NCBI GenBank assembly: GCA_963755915.1
Contig: CAVWLP010000002.1
Span: forward strand, 3,328,001 to 3,392,000
Length of the DNA stretch: 64,000 bases
Reading direction: 5' to 3'
Source of the DNA: an uncultured Phycisphaerales bacterium
GTDB taxonomy: Bacteria > Planctomycetota > Phycisphaerae > Tepidisphaerales > Tepidisphaeraceae
Under the pieces are notes generated by a model, which had not been told where the DNA came from, ran no database searches, and was given only the letters and a program-made list of their open reading frames with translations. Numbering within the stretch: the first letter of the stretch is position 1; each line of letters starts with the position of its first letter. This document shows, piece after piece, positions 41,052 through 52,471 of the stretch. The position numbers and the translations under genes were made by a program.

Positions 41052-42573
41052 CAATATTGTCCGGAACGCAGGCTCACAAATAACACGATCTTGCGCTTGC
41101 GCGAAGCAGCGTTTTGTGGTTCACTGCCGCCACGTGCACGCGGACCTTTGCCCAGCTTCTGGATTGCCCGCCAAGCCGGGACGAAAGCCGCGGCCGGCGG
41201 TGCGGGGGGAGGATTTGTTCGGCGGCAAGTACGTCGGTATTTTGCAGGATCATCTGGCCCGCCTGCGGGCGGCGCATCCCCACCCCAATCGCACGCTTTT
41301 TTATGACGATGTGACCCTTGCCTATCTGCTGGCGTTTTTCACGCCGGCGATTCGCAGCCTGCGGACGATGGAGGATTTCAGCCAGACCGAGCAGATGCAG
41401 GAGCAGCTTTCGGTCGATCGCCTGCCGCGTTCCACGCTTTCCGATGCCAACGCCCTGTTCGATCCGACGCTGCTGGAGCCGATCATCGAGGAGTTGCGGG
41501 CGCGGCTGCCGCACCTGCGTCACGGCGATCCGAAGCTGGCGGAGTTGACCGAGCGGGTACGGGTGGTGGATGGGTCGCTGTTCACCGTTGCCGCCGACGT
41601 GGCCTGGGCGCTGCATCAAAGTCGACCCAACGGAAAGCCCATGGACACGATTCGCCTGAATCTTCAATGGGCGGCGGGCGTGGGGGTTCCCGAGGGAGTG
41701 ACGATCAGCGGCGCGGGATGCTCCGAGGCGCAGGCGCTGATGCAGTCCCTGGAGCCGGGACAGATTTACGTCATGGACCGCGGCTACGTCTGTTTCGAGC
41801 TGCTGGAGCGGATCGTACATGCCTGCAGCGATTTTGTGCTCCGGCTCAAGTCAAACAACTATTTCATTCCCATCGAAAACAATGACTTGACCCCCAAGTC
41901 CCTGCCGCTGAGCGATGAAGACCGCGCTGCCGGCATTCTCAGCGACCGGATCGGATACCTGGGCTCAGAAGGGCCACGCTTTGCTCCTCCGGCGGGAAAA
42001 TGGCTTCGGGAAGTGACGATCTTCGACCCGGACAAACCCGACAGGCCCCTGCGGCTGCTGACCAATCTTCTTAACATTCCCGCCCATGTCATCGGTCTGC
42101 TCTACCGCTGGCGATGGAAGATCGAGCTGTTTTTCCGCTGGCTGAAAGTGCACGCCCACTTCCGCCATCTCACCAGCCACAGCAAAAACGGCGTCACCAC
42201 CGGGTTCTACATCGCGGTCATCGGGGTGCTGTTGATCTATCTGCACACGCAGCGTCCGGTGAGCAAATATGCCTACGCGATGCTGAGCCTGGTCGCCGCG
42301 GGAGGGGCCACGTTGCAAGAGATTATTCCCATCCTGCAGCGCGAGAACGGGAATGCGAGCTGCAGCGTCAGCGTGTGGCACGGAAGAAGGCTGAAAAAAT
42401 CGTCAAGTAAGTCACCGGGGGTTTTTGTTGTCCGGCCGCCGGTGAACGCCGCGGCATGCGCTGCAGGAGCAGCGCTGAACCTTCCACGCCGTTGCCCATC
42501 GAGGCAACGCAGCCTTTCGAGTGAAAACCCGAAAAATCCCAGCTTTAAGACGCGGAAGTCCCGGACAATATTG
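41052..42573 (+). mobile_element. Complete IS4-family insertion sequence
   Basis: TIRs CAATATTGTCCGGAAC / CAATATTGTCCGGGAC (15/16); 9-bp TSD CACTTTTGA at 41043-41051 and 42574-42582. Confidence 0.95.
41116..42410 (+). CDS. IS4-family DDE transposase (start approximate; frameshift ~42345)
   Basis: VVDGS, MDRGY, YRWRWKIELFFRWLK (Y-R-E-K motif). Confidence 0.92.
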
Positions 42574-42822
42574 CACTTTTGAGGTTTTTGTTTGTGGATA
42601 CTAGCTTCCTTGCGGGGCGTATCTGTTGGTGGGGGAAGGGGTTGGGAGTAATTGGGGGGCGAGGGGCTTCCGATCACCGGAAAAAGTGTTCGATTTGTCT
42701 CGATTTTGCTTTTTCCGGGTTTTAATCGCGCCGCCGGCGCGGCCGCCTTAGCTGGGAATTTCTTACATCCGCCAGAAGCACTTTCTGTTCACCAAGCCGC
42801 TTGGGCTATACTTGCGATTCGG

Positions 42823-44139
42823 ATGTTCCCCGATTCGCCGGCCCCGCTGACCCTGGGCAAATCCATACAGATTTCGATTTTCGCCGCGCTCCTGCTCTTA
42901 TTCTTCTTCGGCTCAATAGCCCAAGCCTCCCCTCCCGCGGTCGTCGACGCCTCAACGCTCACCGGCAAAATCATGTGCGGCTACCAGGGCTGGTTCGGCG
43001 CTCCCGGCGATGGCTCAAAACTCAAACGCTGGATTCACTGGGGAACCAATGCCATGTCCCCCGGCACCGCAACGGTCGACCTCTGGCCGGATATGTCCGA
43101 ACTCGATCCCGATGAACAATTTTTCACCGGCTTCCATTTCCTAGGCGGCCGTGTGGCCACGGTCTTCAGCTCCTTTAGCTCCAAAACCGTGATGCGGCAT
43201 TTTCAGTGGATGCGCGAATACGGAATCGATGGCATCTTCCTTCAGCGCTTTGCCACGGGCCTGGGCAACGATGCCGTGATGGATCACTACGATCACGTCC
43301 TCGCCAGCGTCCGCGCCGGCGCGAATGCCAACGGCCGCGTCTTTGGCTTGATGTACGACCTCTCCGGCCTGCGCGACAGCGACGTCGGCCGGGTCATCGC
43401 GGATTGGAAACATCTCACCGACGACCTGGGCATGACGCGCGACCCCCGCTACATTCATCATCACGGCAAACCCGTTGTCGCACTCTGGGGAATCGGCTTC
43501 GCCGATCGCAAAGACCCGCTCCTCGCCGGCGGTGGCCTGCGCCTGGTCCATTTCCTGTCCACCGACCAAACCTATGGCAACAACTGCGTCATGCTCGGTG
43601 TTCCGACCAACTGGCGCATCGGCGGCGGTGATTCTGCCGACAGCGCCGGGCTCCTCGCGGTGATCAACGCCGCCGATATCATCAGCCCCTGGACGGTCGG
43701 CCGATACAGCAACCTGAACCAGATCAAATCGCACGCCGCCAATCGCTGGGCGCCGGACCAGCAGTGGTGCTCTGCCCACGGCAAGGAATATATGCCCGTG
43801 GTTTTCCCCGGCTTCAGTTGGCACAACCTCCGCCACGGCAAATCACCCCTGAACCAGATTCCCCGCCTCGGCGGCCGCTTCCTCTGGGCCCAGTACGCCG
43901 CCGCAAAACAATCCGGCGCGACCATGGTCTATCAGGCCATGTTCGACGAAGTCGATGAAGGCACCGCGATTTTCAAATGTGCCAACGATGTGCCGGACGG
44001 CGAGGGCAAAAGCGAGTTTCTTACTTATGAGGGTCTGCCAAGTGATTTTTATTTGAAGCTGGTTGGCGAAGCTTCCCAGCTGATTCGAGGAGAAATCACC
44101 GCGGATGACGAAAAGCTCATTGGGGCGTCAAGCAGATAG
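42823..44139 (+). CDS. Secreted GH71/99-like glycoside hydrolase
   Basis: Signal peptide, MCGYQGWF, WMREYGIDGIFLQRF, PGFSWHN, AMFDEVDEGTAIFK. Confidence 0.85.
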   Translation: MFPDSPAPLTLGKSIQISIFAALLLLFFFGSIAQASPPAVVDASTLTGKIMCGYQGWFGAPGDGSKLKRWIHWGTNAMSPGTATVDLWPDMSELDPDEQFFTGFHFLGGRVATVFSSFSSKTVMRHFQWMREYGIDGIFLQRFATGLGNDAVMDHYDHVLASVRAGANANGRVFGLMYDLSGLRDSDVGRVIADWKHLTDDLGMTRDPRYIHHHGKPVVALWGIGFADRKDPLLAGGGLRLVHFLSTDQTYGNNCVMLGVPTNWRIGGGDSADSAGLLAVINAADIISPWTVGRYSNLNQIKSHAANRWAPDQQWCSAHGKEYMPVVFPGFSWHNLRHGKSPLNQIPRLGGRFLWAQYAAAKQSGATMVYQAMFDEVDEGTAIFKCANDVPDGEGKSEFLTYEGLPSDFYLKLVGEASQLIRGEITADDEKLIGASSR

Positions 44140-44225
44140 CGTTGGGGGCAAGAATGCCATTGCCTTCGACCGCCTTCGGCTCTGAGGCTCAGGCTCGATG
44201 AGAGCACGCCGAAGACCGGCGGCAC

Positions 44226-44282
44226 TTAAAACGCGAAGGCACCGTTTTCGTCGGAGCGCTCCCAGGCGTCGGCGACGGTGCC
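44226..44282 (-). pseudogene. Remnant copy of the DUF1326 gene 3' end
   Basis: Encodes GTVADAWERSDENGAFAF* versus GTLADAWERSDENGAFYGAFAF* at 48294. Confidence 0.85.
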
Positions 44283-44312
44283 AGGGGAGTTTTCTGTGGG
44301 TGCAAGCACCCA

Positions 44313-44480
44313 CAGCTTTGATATGGGGCGGGATTGGATGGCGGGGATCAAGCGGCCAGGCTGATCGTTTTCGGTAGGGCCCCAGCATGGGCATGCTGGC
44401 GCTTTGCGTGGGATATTGGGCGGTGGAACAGTGGGGGGCTAAAACGCAAACGCGCCGTAGAAAGCACCGTTTTCGTCTGA
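44313..44480 (-). repeat. Diverged ~170-bp direct repeat of 48163-48335 (DUF1326 3' end plus downstream region)
   Basis: SDENGAFYGAFAF* plus downstream sequence aligning as far as CAGCTTTGATA. Confidence 0.85.
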
Positions 44481-44615
44481 ACCCTTGTCGCGACGTTTTG
44501 GGTTTTGAAAGCTGATAGCTAATTCCTGCTCGAAAAATTTGATAAATTTGCTATACCTGTTATCTTACGGCTTCAACTACAGGACTGGACACCGCGCTGC
44601 AAATCTTGAAGTAGT

Positions 44616-47265
44616 TTGGGGAGAGAGCCTGAGCTTCGGACAGGGGTGGAAGGCGAGAGAAAATGCGCAGCCTCGACAAGGCGTTTTTGCCGCCAGAGAG
44701 TTCTTGCGCGGGCAGCGAGACTGGCGCTCATGGCGGCTGGCGCGGGGCTCTTCGGCGCGGATCGTGTTGGGTGGGCGGCCAGCGGGACCTGGAACGGCAG
44801 CAACGGATCGGGCGATAGCTATGAAATTGGGGATAACTGGGATTTCGGCGGGACGTTTTCCAACCCGGCGGTCGGGGACAGCCTCAGCATCAACTCCGGG
44901 GTTTCGACGTTCACGAACCCCAATGGGAGTGGCGATCTGATGCTTTCAAGTGCAAGCGGCGACGGGGAAAGCCTGACGGTCAATGGCGGAGAGCTTCAGA
45001 CGATTTTGACTTCGGGGGGAAGCGAGTCGGGGATCGCGCTGGATAATCAAGGGACGCTTGCCGTGACGGGCGGGACCGTGAATACCGCTGGCGAACTCGT
45101 CATCGGACTTGATGCCGGCAACAGCGCCGGAGCATCGTTCAGCGGGACGGCGGACGTGGCGGTGGATACCGCAGTCAATCCGGGGACCGATCCTACGATT
45201 TACGTGGGGTACCAGGGGATGGGAAATGTAACCGAATCGCAGCAGGCGAATGTCGCGGGCGAGAACCTGGTTCTTGGGGCGATGAGCGGATCGTCGGGAA
45301 CGTACAATTTGGAAGGAGGAAGCTTGTTGCTGCAGGGGACGGTTGCGGTAGGTGGAAGTGTGAGCTCCGCGGGGGGAACGGGGTCTTTGGACATATCGGG
45401 CGGAAGCCTGAGCTCTTCGGGGCTAATCGTTTGGGGTAGCGCAAACAGGGATAAGCATCTCAAGCGGATCGGTGAGCACGGGCACGGTGAGCGTGAACGG
45501 AGGGGGTTATAGCCAATCGGGCGGGAGTTTGATCGCGGGGAGCGCTAACTTTTCCGATGCGGGTTCATTTTCGTTTACGGGAGGGACGATCGCGATCAGC
45601 GGTGGGACGCTGACGCCTGACCAATCCGGGTTTACGGTGAGCGATCCATCGGGGAGCTCGGAATATTTGGGTTTCCAGATCAGCGGCGTGGCGATGTCGG
45701 CGATCGGGCCGACGCTTACGCTGCAAAGCGGCGGAAAGTGCACGATTTCGAACAATATTTGCATCGGAAACAGTGGCGGCCCGGGGAGCGTGAGCATTAC
45801 GGGAACAGGTTCGTCCCTAACCAGCAGCAGCGGGGAGATATTTGTGGGAATTGGGGAAGATGACGAGGTTGCGGGAAACGGAACGCTGACATTAAGCGCC
45901 GGGGGGCAGGTCAGCGGCTCAGTCGCGCTGATCGGCTACGACTATGGAACGGGCCTGGGGACGGTGGATGGGGCTGGCTCTGAACTACGCGGGACATCCG
46001 GGCTGGCAGTGGGAGATGATTACGGAAGCGGAACGATCCATCTGACCAATGGCGGGGAAGCGAGTGCCGTTTTCTATGCGGTGATTGGCTATAACAACGG
46101 GAATGGCGCGGCCACCGCGGATGGGAATGGTTCGGAGTTTGTAACGGGGGGATTGCTGTATGACGGTTATTTCGGAGGAATAGGCTCGTTGACGGTGACC
46201 AACGGCGCAGGCGTACAGAGCGCCGGCGCGATCGTCGGAGGAGCCGGGGGAACGGGTTCGCTCACTCTCAGCGGCGCCGGATCGAACTGGACATCGAGCG
46301 CTTCGGTTTTCGTCGGGGGCGACCCTGATGGAAATCTTGGGGAAGGCGCTGTCACGGTGAACGCGGGCGCTTCCGTCGCGATTGCGAGGACGCTGAAGAT
46401 TTGGAACTCGGTTGGCACGTCGGTGAACCTGGCGGGCGGGACGATAAAAACTGCGTCGCTGGATACGAGCGGGAATGGAAATCTGCTGGATTGGACTTCC
46501 GGGACTTTGCAGATAACCGGGTCCGGGGGTCTTACCATTGGCCCCACCGGAACGCTCGAAAATACGACCCTGTCGGTGGGACAGACCCTGGACGTGACGA
46601 GCACACTGACAATTCAATCGGGGGGATTACTCGAGATGCCCGGCGGACAAATGACCGCGGGGGGCCTCGTGATCAATTCGGGCGGGACGCTGGACGTTGC
46701 CAACAGCCATTTCATCATAAATTATGGCTCCGGGTCGGATCCTGTGAAAACCATCGCGGGATATATTGCGAGCGGATTTAATAATGGGAACTGGAACGGA
46801 ACGGGAATCATTTCGTCTACCGCCCAGAATCCAACGAATGGTTTGCGATACGGGGTGGGATGGGCGGATGGAGCCGATCGGGTGGTTGCGGGACTCACTT
46901 CAGGTGAGATCGAGGTAAAGTACACGCTGCTTGGGGATGCGAATCTGGATGGAGTGGTGAATGGCTCAGACTTCAGCATCCTGGCGGCGAATTTTGGGAA
47001 GGGTGTGACGAATTGGGACCAGGGGAATTTTCTATTCACTTCGTCGGTGAATGGATCGGATTTCAGCGCGCTGGCAGCGAATTTCGGGCAGGGAGATTCG
47101 GGAGCGGATGTGGGGGTTTCACAAGCGGATATCGCTGCGTTGGATGCGTTTGCAGCGGCAAATGGGCTGGTGGCCCAGGTGCCGGAGCCTGGGTGCGCGG
47201 CACTGGCGGGGATCGCGCTGGTTTTTGCGGCGCGGCGACGGGGACAGCCAAGCCCTCGGCCTTAG
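44616..47265 (+). CDS. PEP-CTERM surface protein with Gly-rich beta-helix-type repeats and dockerin-like domain (frameshift ~45450; start uncertain)
   Basis: GxGxxTVxGxGS repeats, YTLLGDANLDGVVNGSDF, C-terminal VPEP-TM-RRR. Confidence 0.88.
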
Positions 47266-47271
47266 AAACAA

Positions 47272-48051
47272 TCAGTTCAAACCCTGCTGGGCGAGGCGAA
47301 ATTTCTTTGCGAGTCCCGCACAGAAGAGCACCGACATCAAAACGCCGCCGCCCCAGAAGGACGCCGGAAGGGCGGCGACAGGGGTGCTTCCAAAAGTCGG
47401 ACTTCCGGGAACATAGACGCTGCTGATGTCGAGTGCGCCGCTGCTATCGTAAGAAGCAACCGGCGATGTCGTAAATCCGGTCGTTGGCACTGCGGTAATC
47501 GTGAGGGTTCCGATTAGCGTGGTGCCCGAGATTGTGCTTCCGCTGTAAGAGTAGCTGAGATTCGTGAAGCCGGCAGTGCCGTAAGTTTTAGCGTTCTGGT
47601 CGAGAAGATTTCCCATGGCGGGTGGAGTATCGCCGATGGACGAACTAAACATAAAAGGTCCGGTGGACGAGGAGACGGCGTTGTAGTAAGTGCTGGTGGT
47701 TTGGGAGAAGGATCCGTAGGAGGACAAGCCTGGTATTGAGAGGGTTGCGCCGGAGAAGCCGGCGATATTATAGATGACGAAGCCGTTGCCGTTTGTAACG
47801 AGAGCGTTTGTGTCAATGCTGACGGTGTAGTTGTAAACGCCCGAAATTGGATTGAACGCGGCGGATGTAACACTAATGGTGTCGGCGTCGACGGCGTGAC
47901 AGCGTAAATGGAAGCAAGCGAGAGCGAAAACCGATAGTATGCCGCGCACGAGCCGCCCGGCTTTATCCCACTTGCGGGCAGGACAGATTTTTACGGCTCT
48001 TTTCATTTTCTCCATCCCTACGGCAAGCCAGGGAAGCGCCTCGAAATGCAT
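47272..48051 (-). CDS. Secreted S/T-rich protein with VPLPA-like (LPASFWGG) C-terminal sorting signal
   Basis: Signal peptide (ILSVFALACFHLRCHA), C-terminal ALPASFWGGGVLM-TM-KKFR; lower GC. Confidence 0.75.
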   Translation of the reverse strand: MHFEALPWLAVGMEKMKRAVKICPARKWDKAGRLVRGILSVFALACFHLRCHAVDADTISVTSAAFNPISGVYNYTVSIDTNALVTNGNGFVIYNIAGFSGATLSIPGLSSYGSFSQTTSTYYNAVSSSTGPFMFSSSIGDTPPAMGNLLDQNAKTYGTAGFTNLSYSYSGSTISGTTLIGTLTITAVPTTGFTTSPVASYDSSGALDISSVYVPGSPTFGSTPVAALPASFWGGGVLMSVLFCAGLAKKFRLAQQGLN

Positions 48052-48293
48052 CCAAGAGCTCGACTTTTAGCATGGAATATCAAAATATAGCGGTCGTGTC
48101 AATCAAATTAACAATTGATTTATCCCGAGTTAAGCCTCTCCGGTTCATCGGGCGCCGGCCTCCAGCTTTGATAATAAGGTCGATATTTAGGGCGGGTATC
48201 GAGGGGCGAGGCGGATCGTTTGTTCGGGAGAGCCCAGCGTGGCCGTGCTAGGGCTTTACGGGGGGATATTTTGGGAGTGGAACAGAGGAGTCG

Positions 48294-48944
48294 CTAGAAC
48301 GCAAACGCGCCGTAGAAGGCGCCGTTTTCGTCGGAGCGCTCCCATGCGTCGGCGAGTGTGCCGGCGGAATATTGGGCATCGACCGTGTATCCGACCATGC
48401 CATTGGTTAGCTTTTGGATGGGGGTGTACCAGACGAGGTTCGGCTGTTTGCAGCAGGCCATGTCGGGCATCGACTGAACGTCCATGCTGGCGAAGCCTGG
48501 CGAGGAGACGGTGTACTCGTCGTCGATGTGCTGGAATTGGATCGGCCCGCGGCGGATGGCGGTGACGGTGCCGAGGGCGGAGCGATTGCGGGAAATAATT
48601 GCGTTGATCGCGGCGTCGGATTGGGCTCGGGTGGCGGAGCTGTCGACCAGGATTTCGCATTTGCGCGGTGCGGATTGGTCTTTCAGGTTCGCGCTGCAGG
48701 TTACGACGGCCATGACGCGGACGCCGGTGATGTCTGTGCCGTGCCATTGGCCGGAGGTGAAGTTCCAGGCCATGACGGCGTCGTCGCCGGTGGTGACCCA
48801 TTCGCCGTTATAGTGGCAGGGGCCGGCGAAGACACTGGCGGTGCGGGCTTCGACATAATTGCCCGCCGGGCGGGAGGCGACGGTTGGGTTTTTTGAAGAG
48901 GGGATCAGGGTGGAGATCAGGGCGATGGCGAATGCGATGTTCAT
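48294..48944 (-). CDS. Secreted DUF1326-like putative metal-binding protein
   Basis: Signal peptide, GNYVEARTASVFAGPCHYNGE, CCKQP. Confidence 0.75.
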   Translation of the reverse strand: MNIAFAIALISTLIPSSKNPTVASRPAGNYVEARTASVFAGPCHYNGEWVTTGDDAVMAWNFTSGQWHGTDITGVRVMAVVTCSANLKDQSAPRKCEILVDSSATRAQSDAAINAIISRNRSALGTVTAIRRGPIQFQHIDDEYTVSSPGFASMDVQSMPDMACCKQPNLVWYTPIQKLTNGMVGYTVDAQYSAGTLADAWERSDENGAFYGAFAF

Positions 48945-48957
48945 GTGGTCCTCGCAA

Positions 48958-49290
48958 TCATAATTTGCTTTTGTCCAGAGCCGAGCGATAGCAGGATCGG
49001 CCTGGGACGCAGTCTTCGGGGGCGACGATGTTGCCGTCGGGGCCGACGACCTGCTGTGTATGATAGCACCAGCAGTGGCCGCTGGGGTCTAAATAATCTT
49101 CGGGTTTAGTGGCGATCTGGTCGAGGAGGAAGAATTTTTTGGAGCGTAAATCTCCGCAGAATGGGGTGTTGGGCGCGGCGCGAGAAGGTAGAGCAGTGGA
49201 AGGGGCGGACACGGGCCGGGGACGGCCCGGCTCAGGCTCGAGGTCGGAGCGAGGTTGGGTGGGGGAGGGCGCGTGGGAGTCGTTATGCAT
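48958..49290 (-). CDS. Small Cys-rich protein in the molybdoenzyme operon
   Basis: FCGDLRSKK, HCWCYHTQ..GPDG, DCVPGRSCY; start overlaps the FAD-subunit stop. Confidence 0.75.
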   Translation of the reverse strand: MHNDSHAPSPTQPRSDLEPEPGRPRPVSAPSTALPSRAAPNTPFCGDLRSKKFFLLDQIATKPEDYLDPSGHCWCYHTQQVVGPDGNIVAPEDCVPGRSCYRSALDKSKL

Positions 49291-50284
49291 TTTTGATTCC
49301 GTTGAGTGCTCGGCGGACGAGGGCTTTGGCCAGCGGGACTTTATAGGCGTTATGTTGGAGCGGCGCGGCGCCCTGGAGGGCGGCTTCGGCGGCGTCGTGA
49401 ATGGTTTGGCTGGTCAGGGGTTTGCCGACGAGGGTGGCCTCGGCGTTCTGAACTCGCCAGGGGATTGGGGCGACGGCGCCGAGGACCAGACGGGCCTGAC
49501 GAACGGTGCCGTCGGGGGCGAGATCGACGGTCGCGGCGGCGGCGACCATCGCGAAATCGAGGGATTCGCGCTCCTTGAATTTGACGTAGATCGATCGCGC
49601 GGCGAATGCGGTCGCGGGGACGTGGATCTGGGTGATGATTTCGCCGTCCTGCAAGATGTTTTCGACGGAGGCGTTTTCGCTGGGGAGGGTGAAGAATTTT
49701 GTGATGGGGACGTCTTTTGCGCCGCTGGGGCCGTTGATGGTGATGGTGGCGTCGAGGGCGCTGAGCATGTTTCCGAGGTCGGACGGGTGGACGATGAAGG
49801 AGGGGCCGCCGCCGAGGATGGCGTTATATTTGTTCTGGCCATTTTCGGAGTAGCAGGTGTCGCCCCCTTTTTTGAGGCAGACAACGTGAGGGAGGCGGAA
49901 ATACCAGCAGCGCGGGCGCTGGCAGAGATTGCCGCCGATGGTGCCGAGATTGCGGAGCTGGACCGTGGCGATGGAATGGGCGGCCTGGGCGATGCCGGCG
50001 AAATGTTTGATGATCTGGGGGTTGGATTCGATGTCGCAGAGTTTTGTCAGGGCGCCGATTTTTAGTCCGGTTGTTGGAGAGTATTCGATTCCGTCGAGGC
50101 CGGAGATTGTTTTCAGATTGACGACGCGCTTGGGGGTGAGGATGCGCTCCTTCATGTTGGTGAGGAGATCCTGGCCGCCGGACATGGGGCGGGGGGATTC
50201 GGATTCGTCGTCGGCCTGGACTTCGCTGAGGAGCCGGACGGCGTCGGCGATTGTCGTGGCGTTGGACCATTCGAAGGCTTTCAT
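49283..50284 (-). CDS. Xanthine dehydrogenase-family FAD-binding subunit (PaoB/YagS-like)
   Basis: GGQDLL, QLRNLGTIGGNLCQRPRCWYFR, CLKKGGDTC, NAYKVPL. Confidence 0.92.
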   Translation of the reverse strand: MKAFEWSNATTIADAVRLLSEVQADDESESPRPMSGGQDLLTNMKERILTPKRVVNLKTISGLDGIEYSPTTGLKIGALTKLCDIESNPQIIKHFAGIAQAAHSIATVQLRNLGTIGGNLCQRPRCWYFRLPHVVCLKKGGDTCYSENGQNKYNAILGGGPSFIVHPSDLGNMLSALDATITINGPSGAKDVPITKFFTLPSENASVENILQDGEIITQIHVPATAFAARSIYVKFKERESLDFAMVAAAATVDLAPDGTVRQARLVLGAVAPIPWRVQNAEATLVGKPLTSQTIHDAAEAALQGAAPLQHNAYKVPLAKALVRRALNGIKNA

Positions 50285-50291
50285 GGGGAGC

Positions 50292-52471
50292 TCAAGCTTT
50301 CTGGGTTAGGCCCATGATGATTTTGTCGGGGGTGATGGGGAGTTGGCGGACGCGGACGCCGCAGGCGTTGAAGACGGCGTTGGCGATGGCGGCGGCGGGG
50401 GGGACGGAGGGGGGTTCGCCTACGCCGACCACCGCCTGGCGCGGGTCGTCGTCATCGATCAGGGGGAGCATTTCTTCGGGCATTTCGAGGCAGCCGGCCA
50501 TTTTGTAGTCCATGAAACTGGAGTTGACCATGACGCCGAGGGTTTCGTCCATGACGCGGCCTTCGAGGAGGGCCATGCCGATTCCCTGGACCATACCGCC
50601 GTTGATCTGGCTTTCGACGGCGAGACGATTGAGGGGGAGGCCACAATCCTGGACGTCGAGAATGCGGATGACGCGGATGTGGCCGGTTTCGGTGTCGACT
50701 TCGACTTCGGCGAAGCAGGCGCCGTGAGCGCCGCCGGAGGAGAGGCCGGGCTTCCATTGGCCGAGGACGTCTACGCCTGCGGAGGGGAGGGCGAGGCAGG
50801 CTTGTTCCCAGGAGAGGGAATTTTTGCCGGCGCTGACGGTGCGGTTGGTGAAGACGAGGTCTTCGGGCTGGGCGCCGAGGATGGGGGCGACGCGCTTGGC
50901 GATTTCGGCCTTGGCGTTCATGGCGGCGTCTTTGACCGCAGGTGACAGAGAGGGGGCGGTGGAGGAGCCGCCGGAGAAGTTGGCTTCGGTGAGTCGGGTG
51001 TCGCCGATTTGTTCTTTGACGTCGGCCATTTCCAGGCCGAGTTCTTCGGCGACGATGGCGACCATGTAGGTGCGGGTTCCGGTGCCGAGGTCCTGGGTGC
51101 CGCAGGAGACATTGACGGAGCCGTCGCGCTGGACGGTGAGGTTGACGATGCACTGGGGGCGACCTGCGCCGCCCCAGATTCCGCAGGCGCAGCCGAAGCC
51201 GCGCTTGAGAACGCCGGGGGTTGCGCCGGGGGTCATGCTGCGGCGGACCCAGCCGATTTCGCGTGCGCCGCGCTGGAGCTGGCGGATGTGGTCATCATCG
51301 GCGCGGAGATTTTTGATGCGGAATTCGACGGGATCGGTGTTGAGCTTATAGGCCAGCTCGTCCATGAGGGATTCCATGGCGAAACAGGCGGGGGGATGAC
51401 CGGGGCGTGCAGGGGGCGGGAGGCGTCTTCGTTGGTGTAGATGGAGCCGGCGTTTCGGAAGATGTGATCGGCGTGATAGATGTAGGGCTGGCCTGCGAGG
51501 CTGCCGTTGGCGAGGCCACCGAGGCCGTATTGCTCGATGCTGATGGCGTTGAGGGTTCCGTCGCGGTTGGCGCCGGCGCGGAATCTTTGCAGGCTGCCCG
51601 GGCCATTGCCGGCCATTAAGAATTCGTCGCGGCGGGGGAGGGCCATTTTTACAGGGGCGTTGGCTTGTTGGGAGAGGAAGCAGGCGAGCTGGCCTTCGAT
51701 GCCGATGCCCCCCTTGGAGCCGAATCCGCCGCCCATGTAGTGGACGATTCCGACGACTTTGCTTTCGTCGAGCTTGAGGATTCGGGCGGCGTCGCCGGGG
51801 ATGGAGAAGGTGCCCTGGGTGGAGCAGTAGACGGTTGCGCTGTCTCCGCCGCGATAATCGACGGCGACGACGTGGGTTTCGAGGCAGGTGTGATGGAGGC
51901 GCGGGGTGCGGTATTCGGCTTCGACGAGTACGTCGGAGGATTTCAGGGCGTCTTCGACGGTTGCGGCGTTTCCGGATGAGTTGGTGTGGCGGATGTTGTT
52001 TTTCACGCGGCGGTCGTTGGGATAGACCGAGGGGGCGCCGGGCTTGATGGCCTGATCGGGAGTTACGGCGTGCGGAAGGACGTCGTATTCGACGTCGATC
52101 GCGTAGATCGCGTCTTCGGCGATTTCGGTGGTTACCGCGGCGACGGCGGCGATGGGGTCGCCTTCAAATCGCAAAACGCCGCCGACTTTGGCGCGGGCGT
52201 AGACGGCTTTTACGCCGGGGATTTTTTGGGCGGCGGAGAGATCTAGTTTGGTGATGCGGGCGCTAGCGTGAGGGGAGGTGAGGATGCGGCCGTAGAGCAT
52301 TCCCGGGAGTTTGACGTCGTAGGAATAGATGGCGGTGCCGGTTGTTTTATAGGGGAAATCGACGCGGGGGAGGCGCGTGTTGATGAGGCGATGTTGGTCG
52401 TTGGGGCCCCAGGAAAGTTTCTCGGGGGCCGAGGGATTTGCGGGCGCGGCTTGCATGTTGGCTTCAGCCAT
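50292..52471 (-). CDS. Xanthine dehydrogenase-family Mo-binding subunit (PaoC/YagR-like; frameshift ~51390)
   Basis: MGGGFGSK, QDLGTG, QINGGMVQG, GVGEPP, VFNACGVRVRQLPITP. Confidence 0.92.

Larger units (their letters stand above)
41017..42712. repeat. Decamer-arm element (copy 2), split by the IS4 insertion
   Basis: ATCTGACAGA ATCTGACAAA ATCTGACACT at 41017-41046; remainder 42574-42712 aligns in reverse with 1681-1850. Confidence 0.7.

Noticed and set aside
44226-48335. DGR template/variable repeat pair
   Set aside because: Differences are mostly synonymous and not adenine-specific; no reverse transcriptase in the window
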